Positions 37,327 to 44,644 of a DNA stretch of 64,000 nt are shown piece after piece. Source of the DNA: Clostridia bacterium (GTDB taxonomy: Bacteria; Bacillota; Clostridia; Oscillospirales; RGIG5299); the NCBI GenBank assembly GCA_017504945.1, contig JAFVQJ010000013.1:14414-78413 (forward strand), written 5' to 3'. Position 1 is the stretch's first letter. Each line of letters begins with the position of its first letter. Made by a program: the position numbers and the translations under genes. Under the pieces are notes generated by a model. It worked only from the letters and a program-made list of their open reading frames with translations, was not told where the DNA came from and did no database searches.

Positions 37327-40300
37327 TCAAAACATCTTCACATAATTGAAATAGCCATTTACTACTTGCCGTTCCATTGCATACCATCTACTGGTAATAT
37401 TAGCACCTACCGAGCCAGTATCATAGATAGGGGCGCCAAGTTTTGTCATTCTATTAATAAACGCTTTATTATGCATAAGACTGAGGTCATCCGCGAGTTG
37501 TTCCCCAATTTTAGGAATTTTTTTAATTAAGTTATATCCTTTCATTGGTTTATATGTTGTCGCATCAACAACTTGTGCCGCTTTTCCGACGCGGCTCATA
37601 TCTTCTCCTATTGCAATACCTTGTTTGGCGGTTTTAACAGCTTTAACTGCACCAATTGATGAAGAAGCAAATGCACCTATGCCACCCCACATAAATCCAT
37701 CGCAGGCCCCGTCTATCATTCCTTGGACACCACCAGTTATATATCCTGTGACAGCACCAGACAATGTGCTGGCCGCTACGCCAATCAATAATGGTGCAAC
37801 TGCACCACCAGTTGCAACTGTAATAGCAACTGCTGCAACCGTAGCCACAGCACCTATTGTAACTTTTAGCCAATTGGGCATAGACCAGTTGCCATTAGTG
37901 TCAAAACGATTAACAGGATTATTCATACAATATGCGAACATATTATATCCCTGTATTGAATCACCAACACCAGCAATTATACTATCTACATTTATAAACC
38001 TACCCACCTCGGGATCATAATATCTGCTGTTGCAATAATAGAATCCCGTATCGGTGTCGTAGTAATAGCCTCTGTAACGCAATGGGTTTACTACGCCTAA
38101 AGTGGTTGCCATTGTGCCTGTGGTAGCAATCAATTTACCCCAGCTATCGTAGGAATACTCAACTACAACGGCGCCGGTATTATCAATAATACCAATAATA
38201 TCGCCCTGTAAGTTTAATACATAGAAATATTCTACGCCATTATAGCTTACAGAAAGAGGCGCGCCGTTTTCATCATAGCGGAAGAAAAGCTCATTGCTTA
38301 TTACGTTATTGTTTTCGGTGTACTGATGAACAATTCTACCGTTATCATAAGTATAACGTGTTATACCGTTGGAATCTTGCTTGGAAAGTCTTAAACCACT
38401 ATCATCGTAACTATACTGTATTAATGCGCCATTCTTGGTGGTGGAAATTAACCTTCTGCCTTCCCACGTCATAGTTCTTCCCATATAATTTAAGGGATTT
38501 CCTATTGCATCGTAGGTTATAGTCTGTCCGTTATACGAGGTAAGAAGATCTTTCCAATCGTTGTTGGAATAACCGTAATTTTTTACACTTACAGCAGTTC
38601 CGAGAGTTTCCGCGGTTGTATAAGCATACTCACTCTTTGAAAGAATATTTCCTCCGGCATCGTAGGTGTAGGTTATGGTCTTGCTTATAAAGCCGTTATT
38701 CTCTCTTATGAGTTGACCTAACGAATCGTACACGTAGCTTACGGTGCTTGTGCCGTCGCTTATCGAGGTTATATTGCCGTTGTAATCATAGGTATAGCTG
38801 AAATTCTTAAACTGTGTGCCGGGAAGATTGATTCTGAAATTAGAAACTATACCCGATTGGAGCAGAGTATCGCCCACGATCTTCGAACGGTAGGTAAAGA
38901 GGTATTCAAGCAGTGTTACCGCGTTTTCGCCCGTTTGCTTTATAAGTGTTTTACCCGAATTTCTTCCAATTGCATCGGCGCTTGAATGGGCAAGGTAAGT
39001 TCTTTCGTTATCGCCTTCACCCTCTACGAATTTCACGGTAACGGTGCCGTCGCCGTTTTCGCCGTCCTCATAGGTGTATTCGGTTTCCTTTACGGTTCCG
39101 TTAATAACACGAGTCTGCTTTATAAGGCGGTTTTCGCTGTCGAAGGTCTGGGTAACATTGTAGCTGTAGCCCGTTCCCGAAATGGAGCTTACCTTCATTG
39201 CGGCAAGGTCGCCGTCGTAGTTATAATAATAGTTTGTCTTTAAGTTGTTACCGTTGTCTACCGTTTCAATAAGTCTGCCGAGGCTGTCGTAGGTAAATTC
39301 ATAGCGAGCATCGGTGGCATCATTTACGAAGATGGCGGTTACATTATCGTTTTCCACACCGCCTGCTACGTTGGTATCTTGGTTTGCATACTCGTAGCTT
39401 ACTTTGTAGCCGTTTCCGTAAACGGCATTATCTAAAACGCCGTTATGTAAGATATCCTTGTAGTTGTTAGTAACGAGGACTGTGCCGCCAACGGATACTT
39501 CGGTGGTCTGACCGTATTTATTGTAGTCAAAGCCGTATTCCACGCCGTTTAAGCTGGTGATCTTCGAAAGTCTGCCTTCAGTATCATACTCATAATTAAC
39601 CGAATCGTTGCCTGCAGTAATAGAGGTTACTCTGTGGTTTGAATCGTAGCTGTAGCTTACGGTATTCCCTTCATTATCTGTAGCAGAGGTAAGAAGTCCC
39701 GTTGAGAGATCGTAGTTATATGCCGTATGGGATTCCTGCAGCTCGTCGAATACCTTTGTGAGATAGTTACCGTTTGCGGTGTATTCGTTTAGTGTTTCGG
39801 TATAGTAAACAGTATCGCCCTTGGTGTGAGTCGTGCGGGAAAGCAGGGTGTTGCCGTAAGCGTCACGCGATACGGTGTTGGTCTCGGTGGTAACCGAATC
39901 GGCAGATACTCTTATTCCCGTTGTGTCGCCGTCAGACTTGGTTATATTTATTGTCTGAGTTTTTTCGGTGCCGTCTGCCTTTTTAACGGTGCGGGTAACG
40001 GAGGTCACTTCGCCGTCTTCGTTATAGGTGTAGCTGTAGGTCTCGTCGTCGAAGGTGGTCTGCTCGCTAATATAGCCCGCCGAGTTGTAGGTGTAGATCG
40101 TTCCCGCCTTTTCCTTGAATGCCTGAATGCCGTCGAAATATGCGGTGTTGCTGTTATAGTTATAGCAGAGGTAAATATCTATTGAGGTGTAGTTATTCTG
40201 TGCGGTTACGGTGCCGTAAACGTATTGCCAATCGTTTACGTAGGAGTTGAAGGACACGTAGCCTGCGGTTTTATCCGCGTCGTTCTCGGCATCGTTGAAA

Positions 40301-43300
40301 ACCACGAGGATTCCGAATCTAAGAGGAGTGTTTTCGGATACGGGAAGGGAGCTTGCTTTCGCCCAGCCGGAGAAGGTGATGGTATCGCCTGCGTTGCCCG
40401 AGCCGGAGATGGTCTGGGAGGCATACTTTTCGGCATCGACCTGTCCCGTTATTTTGAGGGCGTTTGCATCTCTGTAGTCGGAGGTGTTATCCGAGTCTGA
40501 TGCGACCGTTAACGCGGTGCCTGTCCAATTAGTTATGCCGTTATTGAAGTCGCCGTTTGAGATTATATTATCTCTTTGCGAGGCGTTATCTCCTATAGTT
40601 ACCTGGAGATCGTCAAAATATGCAATACCTTTAGCGCCGCTTGCTCCGAGATAAAGCTTTAACGTTTCGGTGCCGGTTGAGCTTGCGCCGTACTCTGCGG
40701 TTACCTTTACGCGTGTCCATTCACCCAAGGAGACTTCCTCGGATTTGGTTTTTACTATTTTATTTGCCATTTCAACGGCGATATATGCATTTACGTCGGT
40801 TGCCGCCGTTTTTATCCACGCGGAGAAGGTTATTACGGTTGCCTTATTGGCAGGGACGGTGAGATTGTAATTTGCTTCGAGAGTTGTATTATCAGTGCCC
40901 CTGGTAATCATAAAGCCGTACATGCCACTGCGGCCGCCTGCGCTTCTCATTCCGTAGTCTACCACTCCGAGTGAGGAAGAAAAAGAAACGGTTCCTTTCT
41001 CAAAGCTCGGGTCGGCTAAGAGATTTATTGTCTGGTTCTGCGGACGGGAGGATAAGGTCAGCTTATTTATACTGCCCTCGCCGTATTCTCTGCCGTAATC
41101 ATAGAAATAGCCGTTGCCGTTCTCATCTGAGGACGAGATAAGGTTTCCTCTTGAATCGAAATTCATATAGGAAATGTTGCCCTTTGAATCGGTCAACTTT
41201 GTTCTGTAGGTGGCATACTCGAAAGTTAAGGTTTCGTCTGCTTCGCTTTGCTGGTTTCCGCTGTAATAGGAAACTGTTTCAACTTTATTGTTGCTACAGG
41301 TAAATACGTATCTGTCACCCGTATCCTTGTCAATAAATGTGGTCGTTCCATTCGTAAATGAAGTATAGCTCGAAATTGCCGATTCGCTGTTACCGTTAGG
41401 TCCCACCGCAGTAAGAGGCATATTCACCGCATTAAAAGTATATGCGGTTTTCGAAATATAACCTTCTGTAGTATTAGTAATGAGCGTGTGATCAGCTACG
41501 GTATTACCGAAATACCGTATTTCCGTAAAATACAACACTGCACCGCTGTTATAGATGAATTTGTATATACGTCCCGCACCGTCTATTATGCAGTCAATAA
41601 CGTAGCCGGTGGTGTTTTTGTAATATATCTGAATTTTGTTATCCGAAACAGTAACACCTGTGCCTGCAAGTGTATTTTCGGAGTTTTTATCCGTTATTGC
41701 AACAAGTCTGCCCGAGGCATCGGTGTCGAACATATAACGCAGTCCCGAGTCGGAATGATAGCAATAATGTGTCTTGCCGTTATAGGTTACCGTTTCAAAA
41801 TATTCGCTCGGCCACGCTTCCGCTTCGTATATTCCACTTTCATTTTCGGTTATTCTTGTGGAGTATTTATCCGGTACGTAAATTCCTTTTGTAACGTCTC
41901 CGACCTTATATTGCTGCAACACGAAATACCTTTTGCTGTGTGTGCCATCGATATATTCAATATAATTTTCGCTACCTATGGTCTTAAGGGTAATATGCTG
42001 ATGGTAGTTTGTTTTTACAAACATACCGATATTGTAGGTCATCCAGCCGATATTGTTACCAAAAACCATATTTATTGAAACCGGCAAAATGTTTCCGTCA
42101 TAGCCTATATCATTTCTTATTACGGTAAGACTTCCGGAAAACGGATTTATATATGCCGTTCCCGCAGAGCCCATATCCACGGTATAGCTCGGATTATCCG
42201 TAAGTCCGCTTACGTTTCTGTATGCAAAGTAAATGCAAGGACGGCGGTTTTCGGTGCCGTATTCCGCAGATCTGAAGGTTGCATAATTGCCGGACTCTTC
42301 GGTGCGGTATTTGAGCATAAAGCCAAGGTTATTGTCTTCCGATTCATACCATTTGTTTACGAGGGTAGTTACGTCGAAATAGTAATATTCCGGCGCAGTC
42401 ATTTCACAGCTGTCGATTACTGCTGTTTCATAATCCGGTTTATTGTTCCAGTTTATACTGTTATACGTAAAGGTCGATTTGATATTGTGAAGCTCGGCAT
42501 ATCCGCTTCCGTTATAGTTTGTGCGCCAGATCTTGAGCTCTGCTTTTATAAGCACGTCGCCTGCGGCAAGGGTGGGCAGATAATCCTGGTTGAACTTCAT
42601 ATAGGTTCTGTTTATGCCGCGACCCTCACAGCCCATTCTTAAGAAGTTCTGATTCCAATAATTTAAGGTAGGATAGCCCGAGGCAACGGTAACGTCCTGC
42701 ATTACGTCGCTTCCCGTTCCGCCGGTTACGGTGGGATCTACGGTTACGGGATATACTCGGTCATCGGAAGAAAGCCATTCGTATGCCGGCGTGTAGGTGA
42801 GTATGTATTTGTTTTTCGAGGAAGTGGGAGATAACGTTACGGAGATATCGTCGGAATACTCTCCGTTTGCATCCTCCATAAAGGGCGCGTAGATCGTAAA
42901 GAAAACTTCGCCCGTGCTTCTGTCCGAGAAGGTAAGGCTTCCGTCGTCGTAAAGAGTGGCGACCAAGCCGTGAGTGTTTATCTCATAGGAATAGCCCGTT
43001 TCCCTTTCGGGCATTTTGTTAAGTATTATCTCTTCCTTTAGCTCATTGCTCTTTATGGTATACGCTATATCCGTATCCTTGAAGGTGTTTTTGTAATTGA
43101 GCTTGGAATATATCTTACTGCTTACGTCGGTCTTATCCGTGCTGCGAGATGCTTTAGAGGCTATTTTGCCCTCTGCGGCATTGGCGTTTAAGAGCTTGAA
43201 GGTAAGCTTTGCATTATTTTTTGATACGGATATTTCAGAACCGTTGTTTAGCTGATTGGGCAGCTCTACCGAGAAAGAGTTATCTTTATTCTTAAAGGTA

Positions 43301-43656
43301 TTTGTCTTTTCATCGGCAACAACGGAGTTATCTATTTCCTTCCAGCTTCCGTTTTCGAGATAATGCACCGCCTCGGGATACATTACGGCGATCATTATTC
43401 CTTCCTCGGTATTAAAATGCTTTACCGATTCTTCACGGAGTGAAATATCTTCATCTGTTATAGTAAGATCTTCAAAATCTATATTTTCGTAATCCAGGTA
43501 GGTGTTTACAACGTTTTGCTTTTTTGAAGAATTATTAGCTTTTTCGGAAGTTTCAAAGGTTATTCCTGCTTGCGCAAAGCCCTGTATTGCAAGCGTTACG
43601 AACAAGGTAACGCTGATGAGCAGTGCACAGGATTTCTTTAGTAACCTGATAAACAT
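37327..43656 (-). CDS. Rhs/YD-repeat polymorphic toxin, WapA-like (Sec signal peptide)
   Basis: 2109 aa with a signal peptide ending AQA. A DNRLRE-like N-domain and two CBM4_9-like jelly-roll modules (NGDFNNGITNW .. AYFDGIQ) come first. Dozens of YD repeats follow. The Rhs core tail is PLRYRGYYYDTDTGFYYCNSRYYDPEVGRF .. NPVNRFDTNG, and a 185-aa C-terminal domain ends the protein. Confidence 0.95.
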   Translation of the reverse strand: MFIRLLKKSCALLISVTLFVTLAIQGFAQAGITFETSEKANNSSKKQNVVNTYLDYENIDFEDLTITDEDISLREESVKHFNTEEGIMIAVMYPEAVHYLENGSWKEIDNSVVADEKTNTFKNKDNSFSVELPNQLNNGSEISVSKNNAKLTFKLLNANAAEGKIASKASRSTDKTDVSSKIYSKLNYKNTFKDTDIAYTIKSNELKEEIILNKMPERETGYSYEINTHGLVATLYDDGSLTFSDRSTGEVFFTIYAPFMEDANGEYSDDISVTLSPTSSKNKYILTYTPAYEWLSSDDRVYPVTVDPTVTGGTGSDVMQDVTVASGYPTLNYWNQNFLRMGCEGRGINRTYMKFNQDYLPTLAAGDVLIKAELKIWRTNYNGSGYAELHNIKSTFTYNSINWNNKPDYETAVIDSCEMTAPEYYYFDVTTLVNKWYESEDNNLGFMLKYRTEESGNYATFRSAEYGTENRRPCIYFAYRNVSGLTDNPSYTVDMGSAGTAYINPFSGSLTVIRNDIGYDGNILPVSINMVFGNNIGWMTYNIGMFVKTNYHQHITLKTIGSENYIEYIDGTHSKRYFVLQQYKVGDVTKGIYVPDKYSTRITENESGIYEAEAWPSEYFETVTYNGKTHYCYHSDSGLRYMFDTDASGRLVAITDKNSENTLAGTGVTVSDNKIQIYYKNTTGYVIDCIIDGAGRIYKFIYNSGAVLYFTEIRYFGNTVADHTLITNTTEGYISKTAYTFNAVNMPLTAVGPNGNSESAISSYTSFTNGTTTFIDKDTGDRYVFTCSNNKVETVSYYSGNQQSEADETLTFEYATYRTKLTDSKGNISYMNFDSRGNLISSSDENGNGYFYDYGREYGEGSINKLTLSSRPQNQTINLLADPSFEKGTVSFSSSLGVVDYGMRSAGGRSGMYGFMITRGTDNTTLEANYNLTVPANKATVITFSAWIKTAATDVNAYIAVEMANKIVKTKSEEVSLGEWTRVKVTAEYGASSTGTETLKLYLGASGAKGIAYFDDLQVTIGDNASQRDNIISNGDFNNGITNWTGTALTVASDSDNTSDYRDANALKITGQVDAEKYASQTISGSGNAGDTITFSGWAKASSLPVSENTPLRFGILVVFNDAENDADKTAGYVSFNSYVNDWQYVYGTVTAQNNYTSIDIYLCYNYNSNTAYFDGIQAFKEKAGTIYTYNSAGYISEQTTFDDETYSYTYNEDGEVTSVTRTVKKADGTEKTQTINITKSDGDTTGIRVSADSVTTETNTVSRDAYGNTLLSRTTHTKGDTVYYTETLNEYTANGNYLTKVFDELQESHTAYNYDLSTGLLTSATDNEGNTVSYSYDSNHRVTSITAGNDSVNYEYDTEGRLSKITSLNGVEYGFDYNKYGQTTEVSVGGTVLVTNNYKDILHNGVLDNAVYGNGYKVSYEYANQDTNVAGGVENDNVTAIFVNDATDARYEFTYDSLGRLIETVDNGNNLKTNYYYNYDGDLAAMKVSSISGTGYSYNVTQTFDSENRLIKQTRVINGTVKETEYTYEDGENGDGTVTVKFVEGEGDNERTYLAHSSADAIGRNSGKTLIKQTGENAVTLLEYLFTYRSKIVGDTLLQSGIVSNFRINLPGTQFKNFSYTYDYNGNITSISDGTSTVSYVYDSLGQLIRENNGFISKTITYTYDAGGNILSKSEYAYTTAETLGTAVSVKNYGYSNNDWKDLLTSYNGQTITYDAIGNPLNYMGRTMTWEGRRLISTTKNGALIQYSYDDSGLRLSKQDSNGITRYTYDNGRIVHQYTENNNVISNELFFRYDENGAPLSVSYNGVEYFYVLNLQGDIIGIIDNTGAVVVEYSYDSWGKLIATTGTMATTLGVVNPLRYRGYYYDTDTGFYYCNSRYYDPEVGRFINVDSIIAGVGDSIQGYNMFAYCMNNPVNRFDTNGNWSMPNWLKVTIGAVATVAAVAITVATGGAVAPLLIGVAASTLSGAVTGYITGGVQGMIDGACDGFMWGGIGAFASSSIGAVKAVKTAKQGIAIGEDMSRVGKAAQVVDATTYKPMKGYNLIKKIPKIGEQLADDLSLMHNKAFINRMTKLGAPIYDTGSVGANITSRWYAMERQVVNGYFNYVKMF
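38000..38522 (-). repeat. direct repeat copy B (inside the main Rhs gene)
   Basis: Partner of 36242-36766. Confidence 0.85.
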
Positions 43657-43794
43657 GATGATTTTCCTTTCTTTTATGATATTTTCTCGTTGTCGTTTGT
43701 TATAAAGATAGCTATATAATCCTTTTTTTCACCTCCTTTTTTAAATATTGAATTCTTGCTCCGGTTCAACCATATTTATTCCTCCTTTTTAATT

Positions 43795-43856
43795 CATAAA
43801 AATAAAACAGACGCACTTGCCCTTTTCTGAATTGAAAGAAAGGCAGTACGTCTGTC
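43795..43856 (-). terminator. intrinsic terminator inside the Rhs 5' leader (T2)
   Basis: A long imperfect stem (CAGACG..ACUGCCUUU / AAAGGGCA..CGUCUG) is followed by UUUUAUUUUAU on the minus strand, about 140 nt before the Rhs ATG. Confidence 0.7.
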
Positions 43857-44064
43857 TCATGCGTGAGAAATGTGGAATTATTAATTTGTTTTTGCTATTG
43901 CGACCTTCACAATGTTCCCGCCGTCTTACAGCAATGATTCTGCTCTGAGGCAGTTTCACCCGAACGGCAACTACCTTTCCACATATAAATAATTAACTGC
44001 TGTTATTTTCTGAACTACACTATGGTTCATTGGTTGTCTTGATTTAACTTTTTTGGTTATTTCT
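43857..44064 (-). promoter_or_regulatory. structured leader RNA (candidate riboswitch/attenuator aptamer region)
   Basis: A 115-nt domain (43870-43984) is closed by the 8-bp helix AUGUGGAA/UUCCACAU. GGAAAGGUAGU (43970-43980) can instead pair over 11 bp with the terminator arm ACUGCCUUUCU (43837-43847). Confidence 0.45.
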
Positions 44065-44070
44065 ACCATA

Positions 44071-44100
44071 ATTATACTATACCGCACTCGGTTTTGTCAA
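44071..44100 (-). promoter_or_regulatory. sigma-A promoter P2 (minus strand)
   Basis: TTGACA (44100-44095), 18-nt spacer, TATAAT (44076-44071). Confidence 0.65.
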
Positions 44101-44115
44101 GGGTTGTATTATGCC

Positions 44116-44190
44116 GAAAAAGGAAAAATAAAAAGCACTCTGCAATAAATCCCATAGGCTCCAATTGCCAAGCGAAATATTGCAGAGTGT
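44116..44190 (-). terminator. intrinsic terminator T1 (minus strand)
   Basis: A 12-13-bp perfect stem CACUCUGCAAUA/UAUUGCAGAGUG has a 30-nt loop. It is followed by CUUUUUAUUUUUCCUUUUU. Confidence 0.65.
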
Positions 44191-44200
44191 TCTTGTCATT

Positions 44201-44280
44201 ATGATCCACCTTTATGCAGGAGTGGGGCCCTGGACATAAACGATTCGCCTTTATACAGGAGCGAAACCCTGAACATTAAA
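44201..44280 (-). repeat. tandem imperfect repeat (2 units, 39-40 nt) each able to fold as an H-type pseudoknot
   Basis: Unit A (44241-44280) and unit B (44201-44240) share UGUyCAGGG..CUCCUGyAUAAAGG..AUC. The loop to 3'-tail pairings are UUCGCU:GGCGAA in A and CCACU:GGUGG in B. Confidence 0.6.
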
Positions 44281-44290
44281 GCTTAAGAAG

Positions 44291-44319
44291 ATTATACCAT
44301 ACTATACAGTGTGTGTAAA
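44291..44319 (-). promoter_or_regulatory. sigma-A promoter P1 with extended -10 (minus strand)
   Basis: TTTACA (44319-44314), 17-nt spacer ending in TGG, TATAAT (44296-44291). Confidence 0.6.
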
Positions 44320-44537
44320 TAAATGGAATTTTTGGAGAAATTTCCATAAAAACCTCAACTGATTCATTTCAATGATATCTCGGTTACAATATAATCCTCT
44401 TCCCATTTTCTATGGTTTTTGCTTCATCTGTAAAAGAACCAACACCGTAAACATCATCATGATTTAAAATACCGATCCATCAGTTTGTACTAGGGCACTA
44501 TTAAAACAATATTTTCCGAGATTCATTGTAAATTTTG

Positions 44538-44586
44538 AGGGCTTATTTTATTCGAAACTTTTTTGCAAAAAGCCCTTTTATTTGTC
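44538..44586 (+). terminator. possible intrinsic terminator insulating rmuC from the island
   Basis: A 7-bp stem AGGGCTT/AAGCCCT with a large 25-nt loop, followed by TTTTATTTG. The evidence is weak. Confidence 0.35.
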
Positions 44587-44644
44587 TTAAATATCTGTTA
44601 TAATATTATAATGTATAATTATATTTTGTTTGAGGAGAAGCTTT

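Larger units (their letters stand above)
44116..44284 (-). ncRNA. candidate ~170-nt small RNA or upstream attenuator with tandem pseudoknot units
   Basis: It is bounded by promoter P1 and terminator T1 on the same strand. It contains the two about 40-nt repeat units. Confidence 0.4.

Noticed and set aside
37327-43656. Diversity-generating retroelement or invertible-promoter control of the Rhs gene
   Set aside because: There is no reverse transcriptase, no template/variable repeat pair and no flanking inverted repeats with a recombinase. The only long repeat is direct and fits orphan-cassette recombination.
44077-44199. 40-codon minus-strand ORF (MTRTLCNISLGNWSLWDLLQSAFYFSFFGIIQPLTKPSAV) preceded by AAAGGUGGA
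   Set aside because: The reading frame runs straight through the 12-13-bp terminator stem, its U-tract and the -35/-10 of promoter P2. The GGUGG is better explained as the 3' strand of the unit B pseudoknot. A small hydrophobic peptide under SD-sequestering control remains a minority alternative.
44201-44280. Calling the tandem units preQ1-I riboswitch aptamers
   Set aside because: Only the general H-type topology and the AUAAA tail resemble preQ1-I. P1 is only 4 bp, L2 is absent, and the conserved loop nucleotides I remember for preQ1-I are not present. No queuosine genes are nearby. A covariance-model search is needed before naming the element.
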